DNA from: Chloroflexota bacterium
GTDB taxonomy: Bacteria > Chloroflexota > UBA11872 > VXNJ01
DNA length: 64,000 nt
NCBI GenBank assembly: GCA_965261345.1
Contig: OZ253449.1
Location: forward strand, 992,001 to 1,056,000
Reading direction: 5' to 3'
Each line of letters begins with the position of its first letter. Positions within the stretch are counted from its first letter, which is position 1. Below, piece by piece: positions 51,247-61,448 of this stretch. A model generated the notes under the pieces. It was not told the origin of the DNA, made no database searches, and was given only the letters and a program-made list of their open reading frames with translations. Both the position numbers and the translations under genes were made by a program.

Positions 51247-53481
51247 ATGAACCGCAAGATCCGAAGGCGTAACTTCCTGCTCGGCACCGCTGGTGCGGTC
51301 CTCGGCAGCGGCCTAGTCGTCGGCTGCGCGGCACCGGAGCGCGAATCCCAAGTTCAGAGCTTTGCCCTTTCGCCGGAGCAGACTCTGCCGGGGCAGAATC
51401 TCTGGTTCGCCACGGTTGACGCCCACGACCAGGTGGCCGGCAACGGCGTGGTGGTGCGCACGGTTGACGGGCGCGCCAAGAAGGTTGAGGGCAACCCCGA
51501 CTTCCCGGTAAACCTGGGCAAAAGTTCAGCTCGCTCGCAAGCCGGCGTGCAGTCGCTGTACCACCCTGACCGCATCGCCACGCCGCTGCTGCGTACCGGT
51601 GAGCGCGGGTCGGGACAATTCCGCCCGGTCAGTTGGGATCGCGCGCTTGAATTTATTGCCGAGCGCATCGGCCCCAAATCCTCGGCAATGTTCATAACGC
51701 CGCGCCTGAATCCGGTCAAGCAGCGCCTGCTTAACACCTTCGCGCTCTGGTCGCGGGCCGATCAGATGGCCCTGGCGCCCGACGACCAGGCCAATCTCCG
51801 CTACGGCTTGCGGTCCGTTTATGGAACCGACCGGATCCCATTCTTTGATATAGCCAACACGCGGGCTATCTTCTCCTTCGGATCCGACTTCCTCGGAACC
51901 GAGATCTCGCCGATCTCCTATTCCGGCGCCTATGCCAGCTTCCGCAACTCGGGGTCGGGGTCGGGCCGGGGCAGGCTCACTCAATTCGAACCGCATATGT
52001 CCCTGACCGGCGCCAACGCCGACCGCTGGCTACCGGTGCGACCGGGGTTTGAGGGGCATCTGGCCCTGGCCCTGGCCAACGAGCTGGTCAACGGCGGATT
52101 GGTCAATTCGGAGATTGCCGGCAACCTGCTGGCCGCTTCCGGTGGGATCGGCGCGCTGGACGAGTTCACGCCCGAACGGGTCGCCCAGATCGCTGGCGTG
52201 GACGCCGCTCAGATCAAGCAATTGGCGCACGAATTTATCGAGCAGCAACCGGCCCTGGCGCTCGTCGGCGGGTCGGCGTTAGGCCACCAGTACGGCGACC
52301 AGACCGCGGCGGCGGTCCTGCTGCTAAATCGCCTCGCGGGCAATGACGGCGTTGCGGGTGGCGTAATCGCCAACCCCACCCCGCCGCTGCAACATCTTCA
52401 GGGCCCGGCGGTTGCTGCCAGCGCGCGGCAGCTGCTCGATTTGGCCGCCGGGTGGCGCGCCGGCCGGGCCCCCGATCTAGTATTTGTATACGAGGCCGAC
52501 CCCATCCACGAACTGCCGTCCGCCCGATTTGGCGAGGCGCTGGATGGCGTTGCCGCGGTGGTGGGCATGGGGGTCTTTATGAACGAAACCCTCGCCCAAG
52601 CCGATCTGGTCCTGCCCGGAGCACATCCCTTCGAGGAATGGGGAGCCTTTGTCCCGGACCCTCTGCCCGGGCGGGCGGTGCTTGGCCTGCAACAACCAGT
52701 GGTCACGCCGCTGACCCAGGCACGTTCGTTCGGCGACCTGTTAATCGCGCTATCTTCGCTGCTTTATGGCGAAGAGAGCATCGAGTTTGATTCCCAGCAA
52801 AGCGCGGTCAGGGGAATGGTGCTCTCAGCCCTGGGCCTTAACGCCGGCGATCCCACCGCCGAGGAGGGTTGGATCGACATGCTCCGGCGTGGTGGCGTTT
52901 GGGACCTCGACCCGGTTCCAGGCGAGCAGTTTGTAGCCGCCCCGCAGTGGAAAATCGGCCGACTTGGCATACCTGCCTCGGCCGGCGAGCCAGACGCATT
53001 TGAATTCGGACTCATTCCGTTCCAGACAATTGGTATTGGGCCCGACGCCCATACCGCCGCCCAACCCTGGCTGCAGGCAACTCCAGACCCGCTGACCACG
53101 ATGACCTGGCAGAGTTGGGTGGAGATGAATCCGGCCCAGGCCCGCGAGTTGAAGATCCAGCGCGGCGATGTCGTGCGGGTTGAAACCGTTTCCGGGTCGG
53201 CTGAGGTTCCGGTCTATCCCGCTCCCACCATCGGCCCCGGGCTAATCGCCATCCCGGAAGGTCAGGGCCGCAGCTTTAGCGGTCGCTGGAATGAAGACCG
53301 CGGCGTAAACGTGCGCGCACTGCTCTCGCGCCAGACCAGCGCCGCCGGCGGCCACGCGCATTCGGCAACTCGCGCCCGCGTGGAGCGTCTCAACCGCACC
53401 GCCCGAATGCCGACGTTCGAGCTGACCGAAGATCCCCGCAACGACGCTGAAGCCCCTCCAGTAAAGATTGTCAATGGCTAG
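51247..53481 (+). CDS. actB1: ACIII ActB1 (molybdopterin oxidoreductase-like, Tat lipoprotein)
   Basis: RRRNFL...VVGC, DGRAKKVEGNP..PVN, PWLQATPDPLTTMTW; FS0 cysteines absent. Confidence 0.85.
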   Translation: MNRKIRRRNFLLGTAGAVLGSGLVVGCAAPERESQVQSFALSPEQTLPGQNLWFATVDAHDQVAGNGVVVRTVDGRAKKVEGNPDFPVNLGKSSARSQAGVQSLYHPDRIATPLLRTGERGSGQFRPVSWDRALEFIAERIGPKSSAMFITPRLNPVKQRLLNTFALWSRADQMALAPDDQANLRYGLRSVYGTDRIPFFDIANTRAIFSFGSDFLGTEISPISYSGAYASFRNSGSGSGRGRLTQFEPHMSLTGANADRWLPVRPGFEGHLALALANELVNGGLVNSEIAGNLLAASGGIGALDEFTPERVAQIAGVDAAQIKQLAHEFIEQQPALALVGGSALGHQYGDQTAAAVLLLNRLAGNDGVAGGVIANPTPPLQHLQGPAVAASARQLLDLAAGWRAGRAPDLVFVYEADPIHELPSARFGEALDGVAAVVGMGVFMNETLAQADLVLPGAHPFEEWGAFVPDPLPGRAVLGLQQPVVTPLTQARSFGDLLIALSSLLYGEESIEFDSQQSAVRGMVLSALGLNAGDPTAEEGWIDMLRRGGVWDLDPVPGEQFVAAPQWKIGRLGIPASAGEPDAFEFGLIPFQTIGIGPDAHTAAQPWLQATPDPLTTMTWQSWVEMNPAQARELKIQRGDVVRVETVSGSAEVPVYPAPTIGPGLIAIPEGQGRSFSGRWNEDRGVNVRALLSRQTSAAGGHAHSATRARVERLNRTARMPTFELTEDPRNDAEAPPVKIVNG

Positions 53482-54292
53482 CATCCCAACCGTCGCCAAC
53501 AACGAAGCGGCCGCCCGCGCGGCCGCCAATACTGGCGCCCAAACGATCACCGCCCAGGAACGGGCCGCCCAAGCCACCGGGCACCGCTGGGGGATGGTCG
53601 TTGACGCCGATCTGTGCACCGGTTGCCAGGCCTGTGTCGTTGCCTGCCAGGCTGAAAACAACGTTGCGATCAACGAGGAGCAGCGCGTAAACGAGAAGCG
53701 GGCCAAGGCCTGGATCCGCATCGAGCGCTACTGGGAAGGCGAATATCCAAACGCCCGCGCCCGGTTCCTGCCGGTCATGTGCCAGCACTGCGCGACCGCC
53801 CCCTGCGAACCGGTTTGTCCGGCCTGGGCTACCTATCACAACGAAGAGGGTCTAAACGTCCAGGTCTACAACCGGTGCATCGGTACCCGCTTTTGCGCCA
53901 ATGGCTGCCCATATTCGGTGCGGCACTTCAATTTCTGGAATCCGGAATGGCCGTCGCAGCTGGAAAACCAGCTCAATCCCGATGTAACCGTTCGGACCAA
54001 GGGGATCATCGAAAAATGCACCTTCTGCGTCCAGCGCATCAACCGCGCCCGGATTGACGCCAAGGGGCAAGGCCGCGAAATCGCCGACGGGGCGGTTTCG
54101 CCCGCGTGCGTACAAGCCTGCCCAACCCACGCCCTGGTGTTTGGCGATCTCAATGACCCGTTTTCGCAAGTCTCGGAACGGGCCGATGACGAGCGCGCCT
54201 ACATCCTGCTGGAAGAGCGTGGAACCGAACCGGGAGTGGTCTACCTGGCAAAGGTTGACCCGTTTGCGCAGAATGCCAATGGAGAGCACTAG
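53474..54292 (+). CDS. actB2: ACIII ActB2 iron-sulfur subunit
   Basis: CTGCQACVVAC, CQHC..PCEPVCP, CIGTRFCANGCP (3Fe-4S type), EKCTFC..ACVQACP. Confidence 0.9.
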   Translation: MASIPTVANNEAAARAAANTGAQTITAQERAAQATGHRWGMVVDADLCTGCQACVVACQAENNVAINEEQRVNEKRAKAWIRIERYWEGEYPNARARFLPVMCQHCATAPCEPVCPAWATYHNEEGLNVQVYNRCIGTRFCANGCPYSVRHFNFWNPEWPSQLENQLNPDVTVRTKGIIEKCTFCVQRINRARIDAKGQGREIADGAVSPACVQACPTHALVFGDLNDPFSQVSERADDERAYILLEERGTEPGVVYLAKVDPFAQNANGEH

Positions 54293-54298
54293 CTACTG

Positions 54299-55624
54299 AT
54301 GTCGGGCCCAGAACCTGCCGCACTCAGCATCGGTCCGGCCAGCGGATTTCGTCCGCGCGGTCTGGCCCTAAATTGGGGCAACACGGCCTACCTGGTCCTG
54401 GGTGGATTGGCGATTTTGGGGGTGGTCATGTACGTCCTGCGCCTCTCCGACTGGGGCGACCGCCCCGAATGGGCATATCCAACGGCGCTCATGATGTGGA
54501 TGCTCGCCACCTTCGCCACCGCTCCCCTCTTGGCTTTCGCCACGCGCATGACCCGCGGCTATTGGAGCTATCCGGTTCGCCGCATCGCCACCCTGTTCAT
54601 AGTCCCTTCAACTCTTGGTTATGCCCTGCTTATCCCGGTGCTGGCCAGTCTGCCGCCACTAGACGACCGGGCCAGCTTATGGTTTCATTTCCGATTTGGG
54701 GCACCTGTAATTACCGATGCCCTGGCGGTTGCGGCAATGGGCCTGGCGGGCCTGGGAATGCTTTGGGCGACCAGCATTCCCGATCTGGCCGCCAATCGCG
54801 TATGTTCGGGGTTGACCCTGGGCTGGCGCGGCACCCCCAAACAATGGAGGGCGCTTAAGATGTTTGCCAAGCTGCTCGGCGTCTTCTACCTGATGACGCT
54901 CGTATACGCGAGCATATTGCTCACAACCGATCTGGGGCAAAGCCTCATACCCGGCTGGCGCTCGGGGATTTTTCCCGCGTACCACGTAGTTACCGGGTTT
55001 CAGACCGCCACCGCGCTGGTTATCGTGGCCAGCTATCTTGCCTGGCGTTTTTCACCGCGCATACGACCGTATATCGGCAGCGAACAGGCAATTAATTTGG
55101 GGCGGATCTTTCTGGCGTTCACGCTGCTGGTCTTCTACTTCTTCTGGGCCGATTTCGTGCTTGTCTGGTACGCTCGTCTCCCCGGCGAAATCGCGGCGAT
55201 GCAGGTCAACGTCGCTCAGGTTTACGGGGCAGCCTTTGCGATCGCGGCCACCTGCCACTTCGGCATTCCATTTCTCTGCCTGATATTTAATCCCCTGCGG
55301 CGGCGCTTCCATCTGCTGGCGCTGGTGGCCGTGGTCGCCCTGATCGGGTCGATGGCGGATCGGATCCGCCTCTTCGTTCCGGCCATCTCAAATCTTGAAG
55401 TGACCGGGCACGGCCCCTTGGACCCATTGCCGGCAGCGGTCTGGCCGAATGTTGAAGACATCCTGTTTTACATCGGATGGCTTGGTTTGCTCGTCTTTGC
55501 CTATCTGTTTGCCGCACGCTGGATTCCCTTGCTATCGTCCTGGGAGATGCGTGAAGGGTCACTGTACCGCGGTGAAGTCGAGTACGGCCGGTCCAAGTAC
55601 CTGCTGATGGCCAAGCCCGATTAG
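54299..55624 (+). CDS. actF: ACIII ActF (non-catalytic NrfD paralog)
   Basis: About 10 TM helices, W.YPVRRIA, PGWRSGIFP, LVWYA; lacks the HxGRP quinol motif. Confidence 0.75.
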   Translation: MSGPEPAALSIGPASGFRPRGLALNWGNTAYLVLGGLAILGVVMYVLRLSDWGDRPEWAYPTALMMWMLATFATAPLLAFATRMTRGYWSYPVRRIATLFIVPSTLGYALLIPVLASLPPLDDRASLWFHFRFGAPVITDALAVAAMGLAGLGMLWATSIPDLAANRVCSGLTLGWRGTPKQWRALKMFAKLLGVFYLMTLVYASILLTTDLGQSLIPGWRSGIFPAYHVVTGFQTATALVIVASYLAWRFSPRIRPYIGSEQAINLGRIFLAFTLLVFYFFWADFVLVWYARLPGEIAAMQVNVAQVYGAAFAIAATCHFGIPFLCLIFNPLRRRFHLLALVAVVALIGSMADRIRLFVPAISNLEVTGHGPLDPLPAAVWPNVEDILFYIGWLGLLVFAYLFAARWIPLLSSWEMREGSLYRGEVEYGRSKYLLMAKPD

Positions 55625-55646
55625 CTGGAGATAGGAAGAACACACC

Positions 55647-57020
55647 TTGCAAGAACCGGTAGCAGTCAGTCAGAGGGCCGCCGATGCGCGCCTGCTTGAC
55701 TTTGTCATGCGGACCCCGCGCTGGTTCTTTACCTGGTCCGGCGGGCTGGGGCTGGTCTTCATGCTTGGCGCGGTGGTGTTCCTCACCATGCTCTATTGGG
55801 GACTGGAATTTCTGGGCTACGCGCACCCGGTTTACTGGGGATTTCTCATCGTCAACTTCGTGTTCTGGATCGGGATCTCGCACGCCGGAGTATTCGTTTC
55901 GGCAATCTTGCGGCTCACTCAAGCCGAATTTCGCCGACCGGTCACCCGGGCGGCCGAAGTTTTAACTATCTTCTCGCTGCAGGCGGCGGTACTTTTTCCA
56001 CTGATTCACTCGGGTCGTCCTTGGCGCACGGCCTATTGGGCCTTCCCCTACGACTTCATCCGCGGGATGTGGCCAAATCCACGTTCGCCGCTGGTCTGGG
56101 ACCCCTCGGCGATATTTACCTACCTGATCTCAACCATCCTCTTTGTCTACGTGGCATTGCTGCCCGACTTAGCCTTGGCCCGCGACCGCTCACAGGATCC
56201 GATCCGGCGATTCCTGTTTTCGGTTTTGGCCCTGGGCTTTAAGGGCTCCACCAGACAGTGGCGTATCCAAGCGATCGCCGGAATCCTGCTCTCGGCCATC
56301 ATCCTGCCGATTTTTGTATCGGTCCACTCCATCGTCTCCTGGGACTTTGCCGTCACCACCGTTCCCGGCTGGCACAACACCGTATTTGCCCCCTATTTCG
56401 TCATTGGGGCAGTCCACTCCGGGGTATCGGCGGTGGTGACCACCATGATCGTGATGAAGTGGGCATTCAAACTCGGGGACTTTATCACCCGGGACCACCT
56501 GGACGCCCTTGCCCGACTGTTGATTGCGGTGGCCACCGGGTGGGTCTTTTTTCTCTTCCTTGACTTTGGCTTCGGCCTCTACGGGCTTGAGCCCACTGAG
56601 GTCGACACCTGGCAGCGACGCGTATTTGAGTGGCCCTTCCCGATCGTGATCATCACGTTGCTGCTTACCGCATACGTGATTCCGGTGCCGCTCTGGCTGT
56701 TTCGCGCGGTCCGCCGTTCCTACGGTTGGATGTTCTTTACGACCATCCTGGTCAATGTCGGCATGTGGCTGGAGCGCTACATCCTGATCGTCCCGGCGCT
56801 GGAGCGGAAATCATCGCTCACCTTTTCATATTCGACCTATATTCCGTCGATTTCAGAGGTGATCCTGGTGATCGCTTCGTTTGCCTTCGTGATGGTTGGC
56901 GTGCTGGTATTTGCCAAGGTCGTACCGATCATGCCAGCGGTCGACATCAAGGAGGGAATGATCTTGACCCGAAAAATGCAAATCGGCCGGGTGCAGGTAC
57001 CCGCCACAGTCCGCGAATAA
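55647..57020 (+). CDS. actC: ACIII ActC (NrfD-family quinol-oxidising subunit)
   Basis: NFVFWIGISHAG, RAAE, HSGRPW, SPLVWD, SVHSIVSWDFA, GMWLERY. Confidence 0.92.
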   Translation: MQEPVAVSQRAADARLLDFVMRTPRWFFTWSGGLGLVFMLGAVVFLTMLYWGLEFLGYAHPVYWGFLIVNFVFWIGISHAGVFVSAILRLTQAEFRRPVTRAAEVLTIFSLQAAVLFPLIHSGRPWRTAYWAFPYDFIRGMWPNPRSPLVWDPSAIFTYLISTILFVYVALLPDLALARDRSQDPIRRFLFSVLALGFKGSTRQWRIQAIAGILLSAIILPIFVSVHSIVSWDFAVTTVPGWHNTVFAPYFVIGAVHSGVSAVVTTMIVMKWAFKLGDFITRDHLDALARLLIAVATGWVFFLFLDFGFGLYGLEPTEVDTWQRRVFEWPFPIVIITLLLTAYVIPVPLWLFRAVRRSYGWMFFTTILVNVGMWLERYILIVPALERKSSLTFSYSTYIPSISEVILVIASFAFVMVGVLVFAKVVPIMPAVDIKEGMILTRKMQIGRVQVPATVRE

Positions 57021-57031
57021 GGCAGGCGCAC

Positions 57032-57571
57032 ATGGCCAAGAGCGAATTACTGGGAATCTACGACAGTGTCGAGCGAGCCGCCGACGCGGTGGAGGGGCTG
57101 CGCGATGCCGGCTTCCCCGATACCGCGGTGGAGGTCCTCTCAGGGGTCCCCTACCCCGAGGGCGCGTTCGGCGAACCGCACACCAAACATCGGCTCTATA
57201 CCTTCCCCTTCGCCGGGGCCGCCTGCGGGTTCGCCCTGGGTGTAGCCTGGCTGGTCGGAGCGCAGGTTACCCTTCCGCTGATTACCGGCGGCAAACCGAT
57301 CGTCGCCATCCCGGCCGTATTCCAAATCCTCTATGAGGGAACGATGATCGGCGCGGTCCTCTTTACGGTCTTCGGCGTGTTGTTTGAGTCGCGCCTACCG
57401 GACGGAATCTCGCTCTACGACGATCGTCTCGCCGACGGATATGTGGGTGTCTCGCTAAATACCGACGGCGACGAAATTACCCGCGGGAGCGACATTCTGG
57501 CCGCCACCGGCGCGGTCGACATCATTGACGCACAGGGCAGCATCCTTACCGCTGCGGCCAACCCGGCCTAG
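57032..57571 (+). CDS. actD: ACIII ActD (DUF3341)
   Basis: Two TM helices with PLITGGKP...YEGT. Confidence 0.85.
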   Translation: MAKSELLGIYDSVERAADAVEGLRDAGFPDTAVEVLSGVPYPEGAFGEPHTKHRLYTFPFAGAACGFALGVAWLVGAQVTLPLITGGKPIVAIPAVFQILYEGTMIGAVLFTVFGVLFESRLPDGISLYDDRLADGYVGVSLNTDGDEITRGSDILAATGAVDIIDAQGSILTAAANPA

Positions 57572-57590
57572 CGTGAGGGGGCGCTGGGCG

Positions 57591-58115
57591 ATGCGTTTTA
57601 AGGTCCGCCTGACGTTAATCGTCGCGGCCCTGGCCGCGGCCGCGCTCACCGGCTGCGAAGCCGGCGCATATCCGCTGGACATATTCCCCGAGATGCACTA
57701 CCAAGAGTCATATCGCGTCCAGGAACCGCCGTTCGTCCAGATCCCGGCCGGAAGCGTTTCGACCGAAGGGGCCGAATACGTGATTGCCCAGGCGGAGATG
57801 ACCAATCTCGACAATCCGATACCGATCAGCGCAGCGTCCCTGGCCGCGGGTTCGGAAATTTTCCGAGTCAACTGCTCAATGTGTCACGGCATCGGCGCCA
57901 ACGGCCAGAGTTCCGTGATCGGGCAGTTTTCAGCTGCAGGCGTGCGTCCACCGCCCTCGCTGCTGATCGGGACCGCAGCCGTGGTAAGCGATGGATACCT
58001 TTATGGAATCCTCACTCACGGGCAAGTCAACATGCCCTCATTCCAAAGACTGCTCACACCCCAGGAACGCTGGGTGGTGATCAATTTCCTGCGATCGCTG
58101 CAGGAGCCCGCGTAA
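57591..58115 (+). CDS. actE: ACIII ActE monoheme cytochrome c lipoprotein
   Basis: Lipobox LTGC, EMHYQ, CSMCHG, MPSF, ERW.VINFLR. Confidence 0.88.
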   Translation: MRFKVRLTLIVAALAAAALTGCEAGAYPLDIFPEMHYQESYRVQEPPFVQIPAGSVSTEGAEYVIAQAEMTNLDNPIPISAASLAAGSEIFRVNCSMCHGIGANGQSSVIGQFSAAGVRPPPSLLIGTAAVVSDGYLYGILTHGQVNMPSFQRLLTPQERWVVINFLRSLQEPA

Positions 58116-58183
58116 CCTGATCCGGGCCGCTGGCGGCTCGTATCCTAGATCCAATACCTAAATCGCCCCCGGATTGAGCGCCA

Positions 58184-59137
58184 TTGCCGACCTGTGACAT
58201 CGCGATCATCGGTTCGGGTACCGCCGGCCTCTCGGCGGCCATCTACGCGGCCCGGGCCAACATGAAGACCATCGTGTTCACCGGCGAGGAATTCGGCGGC
58301 CAGATAGCCACCACCCACGATGTGGAAAACTACCCGGGTTTTGAGCAGGGGATCACCGGCCCCGAACTGACCGAGCGAATGCGCGCCCAAGCCGAGCGTT
58401 TCGGCGCCGAGGTTGTTTTCGATTTCATCGAAGAGTTAGATCTCGACGGACCGCCGTTCACCCTAACCGGCAGAGCCGACTCCTATCGGGCCGGTGCCAT
58501 CGTGGCCGCCAGCGGGGCGCGCGCCAAGCGCCTCGGGATTCCCGGCGAGGAAAAGTTCTGGGGGCGCGGAGTTTCCACCTGCGCCACCTGCGACGCGGCG
58601 TTCTTCCGTGATGCGCCGACCGCTTTGGTGGGTGGTGGTGACAGCGCGATGCAGGAGGGGCTTTTTCTGGCCCGCTTTTCTTCCAAGGTCTACGTGATCC
58701 ACCGGCGCGATCAGCTTCGCGCCGGGCCGACCCTGGCCGAGCGCGCCGCCGCCGAACCCAGGCTGGAATTCATCTGGAATTCAGTCGCCGAGGAGGTGGA
58801 AGGCGCTTCGGTGGTAGAGCGGGTCCGAGTGCGCAACCTGCTTACCGGCGAGATATCGCATCTGCCGATCGAGGGATTCTTCGTCTTTATCGGGCACGAC
58901 CCAAACACCGAGCTCTACAGCGGAAAACTGGCGCTGAAGCCGGGCGGCTACCTGCAGGCCGACGCCTACACGCATACTTCGGTCCCCGGTGTCTTTGCCG
59001 CCGGTGAGGTCCAAGACGATCACTTTCGGCAGGCTGCCACTTCATCGGGCGAGGGCGTTAAAGCCGCAATGGAAGCGATCCACTTTGTCGAAAACCTGCA
59101 TCCAGCCGCCGCCCAGCTCCAGCAACAATCGGTTTAA
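58184..59137 (+). CDS. trxB: Thioredoxin-disulfide reductase
   Basis: GSGTAG, VENYPG, GVSTCATCD, GGGDSA, HRRD, FAAGEV. Confidence 0.95.
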   Translation: MPTCDIAIIGSGTAGLSAAIYAARANMKTIVFTGEEFGGQIATTHDVENYPGFEQGITGPELTERMRAQAERFGAEVVFDFIEELDLDGPPFTLTGRADSYRAGAIVAASGARAKRLGIPGEEKFWGRGVSTCATCDAAFFRDAPTALVGGGDSAMQEGLFLARFSSKVYVIHRRDQLRAGPTLAERAAAEPRLEFIWNSVAEEVEGASVVERVRVRNLLTGEISHLPIEGFFVFIGHDPNTELYSGKLALKPGGYLQADAYTHTSVPGVFAAGEVQDDHFRQAATSSGEGVKAAMEAIHFVENLHPAAAQLQQQSV

Positions 59138-59177
59138 GGATTGCATCGGTCAACTGGCCTAGCCGCCTCGGCCCCCG

Positions 59178-60407
59178 GTGAATAGGCCGCAGCCGCTCGG
59201 GCTGGAACCCTCATTTGGCTACGGCGACCGGTTGGGACTGGCCACGCCCGGCCACATCGACGCCCACAATCTCAGCGGCGGCGGCATCAAGGCGATATTT
59301 GCCCAGCAGTCGGTGCGCGAAATCGTACGGACAAAGCGATCGGCCGGCGAGGTGAGGGCCGCCGCTCAGCGCGCGGTGGATGAAGCCGGGTTCTCCCGAG
59401 GCTGGGGCGCGGATGCCGACCATATCAAGAATCGCGAAGACATCGCCGCGTTCGTTGAATGCGGGTACAGCTTCTACACGATCGATCCGTCCGACTATGT
59501 TTCAGCTGAGGCCGACGGGCTCGCCGCCGACGAATTGCTCAGCGCCTACAGCGCGATCCGTGAGCAGGTTGATTGGATCGATCAATACGCGGGCCTGAAA
59601 TCGGATTTGGATGGGGCGACATCGCTGGCGATCGACCCTGCCCAACTGCAGCGTTGCGCGGTCAAGTACGGTTTGGCGATCAACTACACCGTCGAATTGG
59701 CCGGGATGATCGCCGCCGCTTGCGAGCTGGCCGGAATTGACTTTGAAATCGAGATGAGCGTTGATGAAACCGAGCGTCCAACCACCCTGGCCGAGCACTA
59801 CATCATCGCCAGCCGCCTCCTAGATTGCGGGGTAAACCTGGTTTCGCTGGCCCCGCGCTATATCGGCGGATTCGAAAAAGGGATCGATTACCTAGGCGAT
59901 CCGGTGGTGTTCGAGGCCAATGTGGCCGCCCACGCGGCGATTGCCAAAAACCTTGGACCATACAAGTTGAGCCTGCATTCCGGTTCGGACAAGCTGTCGA
60001 TTTACCCGGGATTCGCCCGCGCCACCGAAGGGCGATTTCACGTCAAGACGGCGGGGACGAGCTACCTGGAAGCCCTGCGAGTGGTAGCCGACACAGACCG
60101 AGGCCTGTTCGCCCGGGTCGTTGATATTTCGCGCGCCAATTTTGCCTCCGCCCGCGCCACCTACCACATGTCGATCGAGCTTTCCGATGCCCCGGTCGCC
60201 GGACAGGTTTCGGCCGCCGAGCTGGCCGATGCCTACCTAGACCACGACGCCGGTCGCCAGATCGCCCACGTCGCCTTCGGTTCGGTGCTCACCGACCCTG
60301 AACTGGGCCGAGACGTCGCCCAGTTGCTGGAAGGCGAGGCCGACCTGTACGCGCGGTACCTGTGCAGGCATTTTGCCCGACACCTCGATGCGCTAAACCA
60401 GCGATGA
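59178..60407 (+). CDS. uxaE: Tagaturonate/fructuronate epimerase
   Basis: GDRLGLATPGH, AQQSVRE, GADADH, EMSVDE, YKLSLHSGSDK, HVKTAGTSYLEAL. Confidence 0.93.
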   Translation: MNRPQPLGLEPSFGYGDRLGLATPGHIDAHNLSGGGIKAIFAQQSVREIVRTKRSAGEVRAAAQRAVDEAGFSRGWGADADHIKNREDIAAFVECGYSFYTIDPSDYVSAEADGLAADELLSAYSAIREQVDWIDQYAGLKSDLDGATSLAIDPAQLQRCAVKYGLAINYTVELAGMIAAACELAGIDFEIEMSVDETERPTTLAEHYIIASRLLDCGVNLVSLAPRYIGGFEKGIDYLGDPVVFEANVAAHAAIAKNLGPYKLSLHSGSDKLSIYPGFARATEGRFHVKTAGTSYLEALRVVADTDRGLFARVVDISRANFASARATYHMSIELSDAPVAGQVSAAELADAYLDHDAGRQIAHVAFGSVLTDPELGRDVAQLLEGEADLYARYLCRHFARHLDALNQR

Positions 60408-60464
60408 GCGTTCGGCCGGTCCAATCCGGCAACTACAAAACAGCAAGCAGGCGCGGGAGGATTG

Positions 60465-61448
60465 ATGCGCACCGTCATTTTGAGTGAACCGGGGCATTTT
60501 ACGATCGGTTCCGAAGGGCATCCGATTCCGGGGCCGGGGCAGGCACTGGTGCGGGTGCACAGCATCGGGGTCTGCGGTACCGACATTAAGGCCTACGCCG
60601 GTGCTCAGCCATTTTTTACCTACCCGCGAATCCTGGGGCATGAACTGGGGGTTGAGGTGCTGGAGGCCCCTTCAGGTCAGACCCGGATCCGCAACGGAGA
60701 GCACTGCGCGGTTGAGCCCTACCAGGCATGTGGACACTGCCACCCGTGCCGGAATGGGCGGGCCAATTGCTGTGAAGACCTGCGGGTGCTCGGAGTCCAC
60801 CGCGACGGCGGGATGCGCCCACTGATGTGTGTGCCGGCGGAGATGCTATTCCCTTCTTCCAAGCTCTCGCCGGACCAGCTGGCGCTGGTGGAAACCTTGG
60901 GGATTGGGGCCCACGCGGTCGAACGCTCCGGAGTTGGCGCCAACCAATCGGTCCTAATAGTCGGTGGCGGACCGATCGGACTGACCGTGTTGCAATTTGC
61001 GGTCTCCGCTGGCGCCGATGTCACTCTGCTCGAACTTTCCAAACGGCGGCGGCAATTCGCCCGGCAGTTTCCGGTCCGGGTATTGGGGCAACCCGACGGG
61101 GCCAGATACGAAGTGGTTTTTGACGCCACCGGCTCGCGAATGGCCATGGAGTCTTCCTTTGACCACGTCGCCTCCGCCGGCACGCTGGTACTGGTCGGGC
61201 TGGTACAGGATCGCGTCAGCTTCGACGATCCAGAATTTCACCGCCGCGAACTCACAATCCTCTCCAGCCGCAACAGTTACGGCTTGTTCCCCAAGATCAT
61301 CGCGGCGATCGAGGACGGCCGGATCAATACCGCGCCCTGGATCACCGCGCGGATGGAACTGTCCAAGGTGCCCGAGCAATTTGTGAGGGTCACCGAGGAC
61401 CCCGATCTGGTCAAGTCAATCGTTACAACCGACGATGCCGATCTCTAG
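60465..61448 (+). CDS. Zn-dependent dehydrogenase, L-galactonate 5-dehydrogenase (LgoD/YjjN)-like
   Basis: GVCGTD..AYAGAQPFFTYPRILGHE, C..C..C...C, FHRRELTILSSRN. Confidence 0.82.
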   Translation: MRTVILSEPGHFTIGSEGHPIPGPGQALVRVHSIGVCGTDIKAYAGAQPFFTYPRILGHELGVEVLEAPSGQTRIRNGEHCAVEPYQACGHCHPCRNGRANCCEDLRVLGVHRDGGMRPLMCVPAEMLFPSSKLSPDQLALVETLGIGAHAVERSGVGANQSVLIVGGGPIGLTVLQFAVSAGADVTLLELSKRRRQFARQFPVRVLGQPDGARYEVVFDATGSRMAMESSFDHVASAGTLVLVGLVQDRVSFDDPEFHRRELTILSSRNSYGLFPKIIAAIEDGRINTAPWITARMELSKVPEQFVRVTEDPDLVKSIVTTDDADL

